The notes under the pieces were generated by a model. The model saw nothing but the letters and a program-made list of their open reading frames with translations, made no database searches and was not told the DNA's origin. DNA of 63,994 nt, counting the filler, from an uncultured Myxococcia bacterium (GTDB lineage: Bacteria; CAZTWC01), in NCBI GenBank assembly GCA_964617105.1. It is 4 parts of 4 records of this genome, joined end to end, with 100 filler letters (N's around TTAATTAATTAA, not from the genome) between each part and the next. Parts side by side here need not be neighbours in the genome. Positions count along the whole stretch, not along the records: positions 17,969 to 35,775 come from CAZTWC010000052.1; 3 more parts are not named here. One strand, written 5' to 3'. Positions 20,901 through 30,198 of this stretch are shown one piece after another; position 1 is the stretch's first letter; each line of letters opens with the position of its first letter. The position numbers were made by a program, and so were the translations under genes.

Positions 20901-21380
20901 GGACGAGCCAAACCAGGCTCTATTGAACGTTTCAGACTGTATAGCGCTTTTCTCTATTTGCGGCTCAATTGTGGGAAAGAGGAACTGTTTTTAGAGATAA
21001 AAAATCAATTCTTCAAAGAATTGGAGCAGCATAAAAGAGGTGCGTTTGCTGTTTTTTATCATTTTAACTATGGCCGTTTTCTATTTCAAAAAGGCAACTT
21101 GATCTCTGCTCAGGCGGAATTGGAGGTGGCTTTTCGGAAAACCCAGGAAACAGGTAAAAAAGAGTTGAGCATAGATATTCTATTTTATATGGCCAACCTG
21201 GCCATCAACCAGAGCCAAAGAGAACAATCTCTGAACTATTTGCATCAGGCTCTGGAAATAGTCAGCCAACAAGCGGGAATTATTGAAGACAACCAGGTCA
21301 GAACTCAGTATTTGAATTCCCCGGGAAAAACCAACATTAAAAAGGCGTATGACAGTTTGGCATCTGCCCATACGCCCTGA
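17970..21380 (+). CDS. Class III adenylate/guanylate cyclase - STAND/AAA NTPase - TPR protein, 5'-partial
   Basis: Cyclase motifs KYIGDCVMAIFG, RVGINTG, GDTVNLASRLE; LLGREKQL and P-loop GRPGVGKS; GNPFYL; helical TPR-like C-terminus. Frame is open back to the contig edge. Confidence 0.88.
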   Translation, partial: DVRDIMNKTFAAISSQIESFGGRIDKYIGDCVMAIFGLPISYEDDAAKAVKAALNMQKVLHGLKREMKDTYQVSINMRVGINTGKVMFGLVGGQGTSSYTVMGDTVNLASRLEAFCPEGSVLISSETFNQVKGDFSIRQLKPIKVKGKKNPIPICEVLAECTPWKYSEPVLGGELLGREKQLQLIQQVYKQAVKNSEVAAVLVRGRPGVGKSRLLKEVLSRISQEGNILILYSDTGGSGAKPFQVLKNLLMGYCGAVIEDNQKTVAEKLQERLLIDLFWRPKQQIGSFTRPRPGTQEYAKVKKLTSIALALLFNEAKPGEEKANTISEEYLYLLDQIFSSLAFNIPIIIEVPKIHLIDELTLKSIKKLICMLKGKVLFLLESNLHGKIERLFADQISQNMKIIRLRRLDNNTINTIASKIIGRLSGSDAKKSLFIRFLAELAQGNPFYLEQFVQTMHDRKIIRQENNKSWSVNYKAAMKMKLPPKIQVKIQAEIDSIQPAPKAFLQVASVFEPTFLPQAVFALSELKDCQQIFQYLNERELLQKVTQTTFPDQDDYCFSDKWMRNILYDSLLARQREELHYKIVKWLEEKNWNHFTAYWLMLASHLKKIGDVTESADKYVKAAQLAHQQGQPLSKVLLYYRQARELLPGQESQWKNDKNKQLEISGEIINLLIKTGQLEKAETELVKMADITRLQGGKGYQGQVELLRGDLWQSKGNLARAEHFFHRGLEIFHQAGLWCQKTETLLKIGRLNIEKGYYEEALQPVLQALDLSSQRDDSKSAEKHLVEIYTFLVKISDNLSMYEDMANYACVGLEFAQKENNFQAGLDLQISSAMAQYRLNNWQSAADGFIACYNLMVNKPEHHYQNLLKIVPLLLDSLIFAHQLDRAQAFVKHGLKLYSSGILEHLRIYFKLATLDIFLLLGNITVCRQLSDEIEKNIAREDIGTQSRFWLLKGQVVDSDGDEKGKNVETKKLTALLGRAKPGSIERFRLYSAFLYLRLNCGKEELFLEIKNQFFKELEQHKRGAFAVFYHFNYGRFLFQKGNLISAQAELEVAFRKTQETGKKELSIDILFYMANLAINQSQREQSLNYLHQALEIVSQQAGIIEDNQVRTQYLNSPGKTNIKKAYDSLASAHTP

Positions 21381-21391
21381 AAGTAACCTTA

Positions 21392-23050
21392 ATGCTAAAA
21401 AAATTTTCATACCAAACCAGGCAGAAGCATATTGCTAAACTCAAGTCAAATCCTCCTGATATTCTAATTATTGGCGGAGGGATTACCGGCGCCGGTATTG
21501 CCAGAGATGCCGCCATGCGAGGGCTGAAGGTAGCATTGGTAGAAAAATCTGATTTTGCCGCCGGTACCAGTTCCCGTTCTTCCAAAATGATCCATGGCGG
21601 GTTAAGGTACCTGACCAATTTTAAAATGGGGTTGGTCTATGAGTCCTGTACAGAAAAAGCCTTGTTGCAGAAGATTATCCCCCATCTTTGCCAACCGCTT
21701 CCTTATCTTTATCCTGTATATAGTTCCGATAAATATCCCCTTTGGATGGTGAATACTGGACTTTGGTTCTACGACCTGTTCTCTATGTTTAGAAACCATA
21801 GTATTCATAAAAAATTTACCTCTCGGCAAGTGATAAGTCTGGAGCCCGACTTGCGGCAAGAAAATTTAGATGGCGCAGTTTTGTATTACGACTTACTCAC
21901 CAATGACGCCCGGCTTACTCTGGAGAATATCAAATCCGCCAACCGGCATGGGGCCATGGTAATAAATTACCTGGAAGCAGTTAACATGCAAAAAAGAGGA
22001 GGTCAAATTTCTGCTGTTGAGTTGCAGGATAACCTGAGTGGTGAACAATTTCAGGTTGAATGCCGAATAGTTGTAGGTGCAGCAGGACCATGGACCGATA
22101 AGTTATTACGAGTAGCCGATCACAGCCGGCAAAGGCTGCGGATCACCAAAGGCGTGCACCTGGTGGTGCCCAGAGAAAAAGTAAATAACCACTATACGGT
22201 AGTGATGAAATCTCCCGACGACCAGCGGTTTACTTTTGTGGTTCCCTGGGATAAATTCGCCTATATCGGCACCACTGATACCGATTATACGGGTGACTTA
22301 AACAATATCTATGCCACGCCCCATGATGTAGAGTATTTACTGAAAATATTTTCTTACTACTTTCCAGACCTATCTTTGGGCAAGGATGATATAATAAGCA
22401 CCTGGGCCGGAGCCAGACCGCTGATAAACGGAGAGGACAGCTCGGTTTCAATTTCAAATATTTCCCGGGAGCATCAAATATTTTCTGCTGCCGACAATTT
22501 TATCCTGATTGCCGGCGGCAAATTAACCACCTTTAGAAAAATGGCGGCACAGATTGTAAACCAGACCATTAGCAAACTACATAAATACGGATATAACCCT
22601 AGAACTTCTCCTTGCCGCACTGCTATTATTCCTATTCAAGATCGGGGTTTTAATCGGATCAACAAAAAGCTGCGCTGTAGCAGCCTCTCCTCTCTATTTC
22701 AGATGGAAAAAGAGGTAGTGGAGCACCTAATCAATCAATATGGTGATGAAGTGATTGAGGTCTTGGAACTTTGCAAAAAATCTTCTCGGTTAAAGACCAG
22801 AATAGTGCCGGAACTGCCGTATATTTGGGCGGAGGCCAAATACAGCGCTGCCTATGAATTATGCCTGACCCTGGAAGATTTTATGACCCGGCGCACCCAG
22901 TTATTTTTACAAGATCGGCACCAGGGGTTGGTAGTGGCTAAAGAAGTGGCTGACTTTTTAGCCCAAGAGAATAATTGGCGTCAGGAACAAAAAGAGAGAT
23001 ATTTAACCGAATATCAACAATTGGTACACGATTCCAGGAGGTTCAAATAG
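21392..23050 (+). CDS. glpD: FAD-dependent glycerol-3-phosphate dehydrogenase/oxidase
   Basis: IIGGGITGAG, DFAAGTSSRSSKMIHGGLRYL, DARL, GTTD, GGKLTTFRKMA. Confidence 0.93.
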   Translation: MLKKFSYQTRQKHIAKLKSNPPDILIIGGGITGAGIARDAAMRGLKVALVEKSDFAAGTSSRSSKMIHGGLRYLTNFKMGLVYESCTEKALLQKIIPHLCQPLPYLYPVYSSDKYPLWMVNTGLWFYDLFSMFRNHSIHKKFTSRQVISLEPDLRQENLDGAVLYYDLLTNDARLTLENIKSANRHGAMVINYLEAVNMQKRGGQISAVELQDNLSGEQFQVECRIVVGAAGPWTDKLLRVADHSRQRLRITKGVHLVVPREKVNNHYTVVMKSPDDQRFTFVVPWDKFAYIGTTDTDYTGDLNNIYATPHDVEYLLKIFSYYFPDLSLGKDDIISTWAGARPLINGEDSSVSISNISREHQIFSAADNFILIAGGKLTTFRKMAAQIVNQTISKLHKYGYNPRTSPCRTAIIPIQDRGFNRINKKLRCSSLSSLFQMEKEVVEHLINQYGDEVIEVLELCKKSSRLKTRIVPELPYIWAEAKYSAAYELCLTLEDFMTRRTQLFLQDRHQGLVVAKEVADFLAQENNWRQEQKERYLTEYQQLVHDSRRFK

Positions 23051-23065
23051 TTTGCTCAACCGATA

Positions 23066-23074
23066 TGCTATAAT
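23066..23074 (+). promoter_or_regulatory. Extended -10 element upstream of cheR
   Basis: TGCTATAAT (TGn-TATAAT) ~90 nt before the cheR start. Confidence 0.4.
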
Positions 23075-23165
23075 TTAGTGACTATAAGACACTAAATTAG
23101 GAATTACCGCCTTAGAGATAAAAAAAACTTGCCAACTTAATGATTTCATTTAAAATACAAATATT

Positions 23166-24017
23166 ATGGTGTACAACTCTACTAAACCACATCTTAGCGA
23201 TGCTACATTTAAGCGATTTAACAAATTTCTAGTTAAAACCTGCGGCATTTTATTGCCGACTAAAAAAAAAACCTCCCTGGAAAAAAAGATCTACAGACGG
23301 TTGACCTCTCTCAACCTTAAAACCTTTGAAGAATATTACTCTTATTTATACAGCCACGATGAAAAAGGGGTGGAAACCAATAAACTGATCAACGCCATTG
23401 TTACCAGAGAAACCTATTTTTTTAGAAACCCTTCCCAACTTTCCATTTTCAACGAATGGATGTTGCCTCATCTGGCCAGCCGCTATGATGTGTTGAATAG
23501 AAAACGACTTAGGATATGGTCTGCCGCTTGTTCAACCGGGGAGGAGCCCTATACCATTTCAGTTATCATGCAGGAGAACAGATTCCTCTTTCCTTCTTTT
23601 ACAATTGATATTTTAGGCAGTGATATTAGCGATAAGGCAATAAAAAAAGCCCGGGAAGGAATCTATACTAAAAACAGTCTCAGGCACATGCCGACAAACC
23701 TGCAGTTAAAATATTTTGAAACCCTTGAGGGGAAATTCAATTCCTTGCCAATTTTGAGAAAGGATATTACCTTCCGGATTATCAATCTGCTCAACCAGAA
23801 AACAGTAAACCAGATCAGAAATGTGGATATTATTTTTTGCCGCAACGTATTAATCTACTTTCCAGACCATGTTAAAAAAGTGATAGTGGAAAACCTTTAC
23901 AAGTGCCTTTCGCCAGGCGGTTTTTTGATAATCGGACATTCTGAATCGTTACAGAACATTTCTAGAGTATTTAATATTTTAACTATCAAAAAAAATATCA
24001 TTTATCAAAAAGAATAG
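23166..24017 (+). CDS. cheR: Chemotaxis methyltransferase
   Basis: ETYFFR, RIWSAACSTGEEPYT, DIIFCRNVLIYF, GHSES. Confidence 0.96.
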   Translation: MVYNSTKPHLSDATFKRFNKFLVKTCGILLPTKKKTSLEKKIYRRLTSLNLKTFEEYYSYLYSHDEKGVETNKLINAIVTRETYFFRNPSQLSIFNEWMLPHLASRYDVLNRKRLRIWSAACSTGEEPYTISVIMQENRFLFPSFTIDILGSDISDKAIKKAREGIYTKNSLRHMPTNLQLKYFETLEGKFNSLPILRKDITFRIINLLNQKTVNQIRNVDIIFCRNVLIYFPDHVKKVIVENLYKCLSPGGFLIIGHSESLQNISRVFNILTIKKNIIYQKE

Positions 24018-24122
24018 GTAATAAATATTTGACTTTTAAACCTTTAAATGTTAGGAATTTAATTTAATTAATCATACAATAATTTATTTTTATAACTTCA
24101 AAATAGATAAGTGGGATAAAAT

Positions 24123-26156
24123 ATGGTCGTATCCGGCCTGGCATTCGAAGGTGATGAGTTCCGGGAAATAATTAACGATTTTATTATCGAATCCTCAGAA
24201 CTACTGGAAGGATTGGACCAATCATTAGTAGATCTGGAAGAGCGTCCCAATGACACTGAACTATTAAATGTAGTTTTTCGTTCAGTTCACACTATCAAAG
24301 GCGCTGCCGGGTTTCTCGGCTTTACCCAGATGGTGGAAACAGCCCACACCACTGAAAATATCCTCAACAAAATGAGACAAGGCGAAATTATCGCCACTCC
24401 ATCAATTATTGATGTTATCCTCAATGCTTTTGATACAATTAAAGCGTTGCTCAACAATATCAAAATGGGAGAGTCGGAAAAAGAGTTAGATATCTCCAAT
24501 GTTATTACCCAATTAAACCAAATTATGGCTGATTGTGAGGCCGCCGAACCAAAAGAAAAACCAGCAGAAGAGAAGAAGCCGGAGAAAAAAGAACCGGAGA
24601 AGCCAAAAGAAAAACCAGCAGAAGAGAAGAAGCCGGAGAAAAAAGAACCAGAGAAGCCAAAAGAAAAACCTAAAAAAGATGAAAAAGCGGAATTGGTTGC
24701 AGAGGTAAAGAAAAGCACCGAGAAGAAAAAACCTGCGCCTGCGCCTGCACCCGCCCCGCCCAAAGCAAAACCAGCCAGACAGTCGGCACCAAAACCGAAA
24801 AAGGAAAAGAGCGCCCCGGTTAAAGCCTCTACCGGAGCCGGTGGCAGGAGAGCTCGCCGTCCCCGTAAAGGCAAAGGCGGAAAAAGTGGTGATCTGGTCA
24901 ATGAAATTCAGCAAGAGTTAAGTCGCAGCAAGAAACCCGTCCACCACGCCAGCAGCAGGGACACCACCATCCGTGTCGATATCGAGAGGATGGATAATGT
25001 TATGAACCTGGTGGGCGAGATGGTTTTAAAAAGAAACCGGCTACTTAAGTTGAGTACCGATCTGGAACAGCGTTACGAAGACGATAACCTGGTGACCGGT
25101 TTGATAGAAACTGTTTCTCACCTTAACCTGATCACTACAGACCTGCAGCAAGCGGTCATGAAAACCAGGATGCTGCCAATTAAGAAAATATTTAACAAGT
25201 TCCCGCGCATGGTCAGAGATTTAGCCCGCCAGGTTGGTAAAGAGATAGATTTACAGGTATTTGGAGAGGAAACCGAACTTGACCGCTCGGTTATAGAAGA
25301 AATCGGCGATCCCTTAGTCCATTTGATCCGCAATTCAGTTGACCACGGTGTAGAACCGCCTGATGAAAGAGAATCTAACGGCAAACCCCGCCAGGGGATA
25401 ATTGTGCTGTCTGCTTACCACGAGGGTAGCCATATTATTATTGAAATTGAAGACGATGGCCGTGGTATCGATCCTCGAATAATTAAAGAAAAAGCGATTG
25501 AAAATGGTTTGCTGGATCAGATAGAAGCCTCCAGAATGCGTGATAAAGACGCTATCAATCTTATTTTCGCCCCCGGTTTCAGCACTGCCGAAAAAGTTAG
25601 CGATGTATCAGGACGCGGAGTAGGTATGGACGTAGTCAAATCCAACATCTCCAAGTTGAACGGTATTATCGATATCGAAACAGAATTGAACAAGGGAAGT
25701 AAGATAAAAATACAACTACCCCTTACGGTAGCCATTATTCAAGCCTTGATGGTTGAGGTAGCTGGAGAAGTATACGCCGTTCCTCTTCACTCAGTTATGG
25801 AAACTATCAGGTTATCTCCAGACCAAATTAAAACTGTTGACAAAAGAGAAGTGGTTCGACTACGGGATTCGGTTTTGACCCTGATAAGGCTAAGTAAACA
25901 ATTTGATATTGCTGATAATCCTTGCTCTATAAATAGAGAAGATGAAAAATTATATGTTGTGGTTATCGACTTGGCTGAGCGACGTGTAGGCCTGGTAGTT
26001 GACAGGTTGCATGGCCAGGAAGAAGCAGTTATAAAATCCCTGGGCGGCTATCTCGCTGATACAGTGGGCGTGGCTGGAGCAACTATCACTGGAGACGGGA
26101 ACGTGGTCCTAATACTAGATGTACCCACTTTATGCGGGGCCTGGTCCGAATTGTAA
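24123..26156 (+). CDS. cheA: Chemotaxis histidine kinase; P2 region replaced by a low-complexity linker
   Basis: HPt FRSVHTIKG, TIRVD, HLIRNSVDHG, IFAPGFST, SGRGVGMDVV, C-terminal CheW domain. Confidence 0.97.
   Translation: MVVSGLAFEGDEFREIINDFIIESSELLEGLDQSLVDLEERPNDTELLNVVFRSVHTIKGAAGFLGFTQMVETAHTTENILNKMRQGEIIATPSIIDVILNAFDTIKALLNNIKMGESEKELDISNVITQLNQIMADCEAAEPKEKPAEEKKPEKKEPEKPKEKPAEEKKPEKKEPEKPKEKPKKDEKAELVAEVKKSTEKKKPAPAPAPAPPKAKPARQSAPKPKKEKSAPVKASTGAGGRRARRPRKGKGGKSGDLVNEIQQELSRSKKPVHHASSRDTTIRVDIERMDNVMNLVGEMVLKRNRLLKLSTDLEQRYEDDNLVTGLIETVSHLNLITTDLQQAVMKTRMLPIKKIFNKFPRMVRDLARQVGKEIDLQVFGEETELDRSVIEEIGDPLVHLIRNSVDHGVEPPDERESNGKPRQGIIVLSAYHEGSHIIIEIEDDGRGIDPRIIKEKAIENGLLDQIEASRMRDKDAINLIFAPGFSTAEKVSDVSGRGVGMDVVKSNISKLNGIIDIETELNKGSKIKIQLPLTVAIIQALMVEVAGEVYAVPLHSVMETIRLSPDQIKTVDKREVVRLRDSVLTLIRLSKQFDIADNPCSINREDEKLYVVVIDLAERRVGLVVDRLHGQEEAVIKSLGGYLADTVGVAGATITGDGNVVLILDVPTLCGAWSEL
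24549..24670 (+). repeat. 54-bp tandem repeat (2.3 copies) in the cheA linker, encoding PKEKPAEEKKPEKKEPEK
   Basis: Units at 24549-24602 and 24603-24656 differ at one base; partial third unit follows. Confidence 0.95.
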
Positions 26157-26191
26157 ACCGGTTTTTTGGGAAAGTAGAAACAAAAGCGGCC

Positions 26192-27283
26192 ATGCAAAAA
26201 CAACCAATAAAAGTATTGATTATCGATGACTCCGCCTTTATGCGTAAGGCGCTATCCAACATGATCCAAACCGATCCCGAACTGGTGGTGGTGGGCACTG
26301 CACGGGACGGCGCCGAAGGGATCGATAAAATACAGAGATTAAGGCCCGATTTGGTTACCTTGGACGTAGACATGCCCAGGATGAACGGGCTGGCGGCGCT
26401 TAAAATCATAATGGAAACCATGCCACTGCCGGTGTTGATGGTTAGTTCGCTAACCGATGAAGGGGCAAAAGTCACCTTAGATGCTCTGGATTTGGGTGCG
26501 GTAGATTTTATCCCGAAGAATCTCGATGAGGTATCGCTCAATATCACCAAAATAAAGGCTGACCTCTTATATAAAATAAAGGCGATTGCTTGCAGTCACT
26601 TGAAAAATAAAATGGTCCCTTTTGGTGCGAAAACAAAGCATACTCTTAAAAAGACAGAAAAACTTTGCCAGGAAAAATTAATAAAATTAGCCCCGGCAAA
26701 ACACAGAACCCACAGCATTGATATTGTATCTATGGGGGTTTCCACTGGCGGCCCCAAGGCATTACAGGATATTATTCCAGTTTTTCCGGAAGATTTTCCA
26801 GTGGGGATAGTGGTGGTTCAGCATATGCCGGAAGCCTTTATCAACCTCTTTGCTCAGAGATTGGACCAAATTTGCAAAATTAAGGTCAAAGTGGCTGATG
26901 AAGAAGATGTGATCAAACCGGGAGTAGTACTTATTGCCCCGGGAAATCGGCATATGACCGTGACAAAGAAAACATCCACCGAAGTGCAGATCGCTCTGGT
27001 TGAGGAACCTAGAGATAAACCGCATATTCCTTCGGTTGATGTTTTGTTTACATCGGTGGCTAAAATTTATCCCGGCCGCTGTATAGGAGTTATTTTAACT
27101 GGAATGGGACAAGATGGCAAAGAGGGGATGAGGGCGATTAAGCAGGTTGACGGTAAGACTATCGCCCAGGACGAAGAGAGTTCTGTAGTGTTTGGTATGC
27201 CCAAAGCCGCCATTGAAATCGGCATTATTGACCGAATTTTGCCATTGCAACAAATTCCATGTGAGATTATAAATATGGTATAA
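26192..27283 (+). CDS. cheB: Chemotaxis response regulator methylesterase
   Basis: REC domain (IDDSAFMR, LDVDMP) plus STGGP, QHMP, LTGMGQDG. Start placed at the ATG 26192, which does not overlap cheA. Confidence 0.96.
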   Translation: MQKQPIKVLIIDDSAFMRKALSNMIQTDPELVVVGTARDGAEGIDKIQRLRPDLVTLDVDMPRMNGLAALKIIMETMPLPVLMVSSLTDEGAKVTLDALDLGAVDFIPKNLDEVSLNITKIKADLLYKIKAIACSHLKNKMVPFGAKTKHTLKKTEKLCQEKLIKLAPAKHRTHSIDIVSMGVSTGGPKALQDIIPVFPEDFPVGIVVVQHMPEAFINLFAQRLDQICKIKVKVADEEDVIKPGVVLIAPGNRHMTVTKKTSTEVQIALVEEPRDKPHIPSVDVLFTSVAKIYPGRCIGVILTGMGQDGKEGMRAIKQVDGKTIAQDEESSVVFGMPKAAIEIGIIDRILPLQQIPCEIINMV

Positions 27284-27345
27284 AGTGTTTCTTAACACAC
27301 TGGTGTTATGTCAAATGACCGGACACTAACTTAACCTAAATTAAA

Positions 27346-27774
27346 ATGGTGGTAACCATGCCAAAAGACAATAAAAACATATCAGATAAAAATCGCCGGA
27401 ACTATGTCCGCCTGGATGCCAATTATAATATTAAATTTTCTGAACTCTCCTTTCCGGTTGAACAAGATACTCACCAGATAACTGCAATTTCCAAAGATTT
27501 AAGTGGGTCTGGATTATTGTTTGACAGCGATATTTTCGTGGAAATTGGAACAACACTAAAAATAAACTTTAATATCCCTAGTTTTCACAAACACAAGCAA
27601 GGATTTTTAAGTCCGGACTGGACATCTACTCCAGAGAAGTGTACTGTTATAGCCGAAGTGGTAAGGATAAAGACTGTAGTCATGGAACGACAATATGAGG
27701 TGGCTGTCAAATTTGTAGATATTTATAGTGGTGATCAAGAGGCTTTGGTAAATTTTATTAACAGTAAGCTATAA
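27346..27774 (+). CDS. Single-domain PilZ protein
   Basis: RRNYVR (RxxxR) and DLSGSG (DxSxxG) c-di-GMP-binding motifs; AEVVR...VAVKF. Confidence 0.88.
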   Translation: MVVTMPKDNKNISDKNRRNYVRLDANYNIKFSELSFPVEQDTHQITAISKDLSGSGLLFDSDIFVEIGTTLKINFNIPSFHKHKQGFLSPDWTSTPEKCTVIAEVVRIKTVVMERQYEVAVKFVDIYSGDQEALVNFINSKL

Positions 27775-27886
27775 AGGTCAATGTGTAATTGTCATTGATG
27801 ATATAAATATAAAGTGATAGGTAATTGGTTAGTTCGTTGTATGTATAACGGAATAATGTAACATTTAGAATAAGCACGGAGGTTCT

Positions 27887-29632
27887 TTGATGGGAATCCA
27901 GCAAAAAGTTCTTTCTCACAGATTTCTATTTTCTTTAATTGAGTTGGTGTTGTTGGTGGTTATGTTTGCCAAGGAGGATATGAAAACGCCAATTTTAATT
28001 GCTTTTATTGTGGCTGTGATCGTGGACATTCTAACTTTGCTTTACAAAGTTGTTGTCCCCTTTCAAAATGATACCGACAGAATTGCCGAGTCTATCAGAA
28101 CCATCTCCTACTCTGAAAATTATCGGCACAAATTGGAAGACTCCTCTTATGCCGGGTTGACAGACATTGTAACCGCTTTTAACGGACTGATGGATAAATT
28201 AGCCGGAATTCATTCCGATTTGCGTAAATTCAACGATACAGTGCACGCCCTGGATCAGGGTCAAAATAAATCTTTTTCCGATATTAAAATCCCGGAGTTG
28301 ATTGACGCTGGCAACACTTTTGCCAAAATAGCGAATAAACTTATCTCGTTTGAAAAACAAACCGAGCAGTCTAAAACTGTCAAAGCCACCGACTCTTCCG
28401 ATCACAAACCCTTAGAAAATGAATTGAATACTGCCAGGCAAAAAGCCCGGGCTCTGACCGATGAACTAAACGAATTGAAAGACAACTACCAGAGACGCCA
28501 GAGAAATCTGGACGAATTGCAGACTTCTTTTGATACTACCAATCAAAAGCAGAAAAAATTGAGCCTGTTGGTTGAAGATAAAGATGACCAAATAAACAAT
28601 GTTAAAGTCGAGTTGGGCGATATTTCTGAAAATTACAAGTCTCTATTGAATGAAATAGGTGTAGTGACCCGGAGTATTTCAATTGTGGTGGAGACCAACC
28701 TGGCCAATATCAGTCAGATGCCTATAGTAACCAAAGAGGAAATAAAACCCCTGGCCGATTCTTTCACCACCTTGATTGATAATTTTCGAGAATTTATTGC
28801 TCAAACCGATGGTGGTGTTCAACAGGTGGCATCCCTGGTGGCTCATGTTACCAATTCCACTGAAACTATGATCGCTGGCGCTGATAAAGTCACCAGCCAG
28901 ACTGATCAGGTGGCCACAGCCATGGAACAGATGTCAGCAACTATTATAGAGGTGGCCAAGAACTCCAACCAGGCTGCAGAATCTGCCCGGGAAGCGGCTT
29001 TGACTGCTACCAAGGGTGGAGATATTGTCCAGAGAACCATCGAAGGGATGAACAAGATTTCACATTCGGTAAAAATATCAGCCGATACTATAGAGACTTT
29101 GGGTAAATCTTCCGACCAAATTGGTGAAATTATTGAAGTTATCGATGATATCGCCGACCAGACTAACTTATTGGCCCTAAATGCTGCCATTGAGGCAGCC
29201 AGAGCCGGTGAACAGGGTCGTGGTTTTGCGGTTGTGGCCGATGAAGTCAGAAAACTGGCCGAAAGAACCACCAAGGCTACCAAAGAAATTGCCACCATGA
29301 TCAACAGCATCCAGAACAATACCAGTGGGGCTGTTACCTCCATGACAGCCGGCACCAAAGAAGTTGAGGCTGGTGTGAACCTGACTAACCAGGCTGGAGA
29401 TTCCCTGAACCAGATTGTTGGAATGGTGCAAAGAGTTATGGATATGGTGCAGCAAATAGCCACTGCGGCGGAAGAACAGTCGGCAGCGGCGGAAGAGATC
29501 TCTTCCAACGTAGAAGAGATTGCCACCGTCAGCAAAGAGAGTTCATTTGGCGCTCAAAAAACCATTGAATCTTTTACCAAACTGACCAGATTCGTTTCTG
29601 AATTACAGGGCACTATGGCCCAATTCAAGTAA
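27887..29632 (+). CDS. Methyl-accepting chemotaxis protein lacking a periplasmic sensor domain
   Basis: [40 protein letters not shown]; two adjacent TM helices at the N-terminus. Confidence 0.95.
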   Translation: MMGIQQKVLSHRFLFSLIELVLLVVMFAKEDMKTPILIAFIVAVIVDILTLLYKVVVPFQNDTDRIAESIRTISYSENYRHKLEDSSYAGLTDIVTAFNGLMDKLAGIHSDLRKFNDTVHALDQGQNKSFSDIKIPELIDAGNTFAKIANKLISFEKQTEQSKTVKATDSSDHKPLENELNTARQKARALTDELNELKDNYQRRQRNLDELQTSFDTTNQKQKKLSLLVEDKDDQINNVKVELGDISENYKSLLNEIGVVTRSISIVVETNLANISQMPIVTKEEIKPLADSFTTLIDNFREFIAQTDGGVQQVASLVAHVTNSTETMIAGADKVTSQTDQVATAMEQMSATIIEVAKNSNQAAESAREAALTATKGGDIVQRTIEGMNKISHSVKISADTIETLGKSSDQIGEIIEVIDDIADQTNLLALNAAIEAARAGEQGRGFAVVADEVRKLAERTTKATKEIATMINSIQNNTSGAVTSMTAGTKEVEAGVNLTNQAGDSLNQIVGMVQRVMDMVQQIATAAEEQSAAAEEISSNVEEIATVSKESSFGAQKTIESFTKLTRFVSELQGTMAQFK

Positions 29633-29656
29633 AGGTAAAACTCACTTATTTGACAA

Positions 29657-30163
29657 TTGTCTATTGCTCCCCAGGGAGGTTTTAATAAAATGCCCAAAGA
29701 GATCTTTGGTAGTTCAAAATTGCTGCAGTTGGTTAGTTTCCAGGTTGGTGAAGAAGAATTTGCCGTTGATATATTAAAAGTTCAAGAGATAAACCGTATG
29801 GTAGATATTACCAGGGTTCCTAAATCACCCCATTTTGTTGAAGGGGTGATAAACTTACGCGGTAAAGTTATCCCCATTATCGACCTGCGAAAAAGGTTGA
29901 GAGTTACCAATACCGAATATTCCCGACAGACCAGAATTGTAGTCGTGGATATTGAGGGAAAAGTTATCGGCCTAATAGTGGACGCTGTATCCGAAGTGCT
30001 ACGATTGCCGGCTGAAACTATAGAACCGCCGCCTCACATGGTTTCCAATGTAGATGTTGAGTATATCAAAGGGGTTGGAAAACTTGACGACCGTCTGATA
30101 ATTCTCCTGGATCTGAATACCCTCCTAAGTAAAGAAGAGAAAGCCATAATGCAGAGTTTTTAG
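29657..30163 (+). CDS. cheW: Chemotaxis adaptor protein
   Basis: LVSFQVGEEEFAVDILKVQEI, GVINLRGKVIPIIDL, GLIVDAVSEV; true start may be ATG 29690. Confidence 0.96.
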   Translation: MSIAPQGGFNKMPKEIFGSSKLLQLVSFQVGEEEFAVDILKVQEINRMVDITRVPKSPHFVEGVINLRGKVIPIIDLRKRLRVTNTEYSRQTRIVVVDIEGKVIGLIVDAVSEVLRLPAETIEPPPHMVSNVDVEYIKGVGKLDDRLIILLDLNTLLSKEEKAIMQSF

Positions 30164-30198
30164 AGTTTGTAAAACTGTCCTGCTGTAATTTACTCCTA

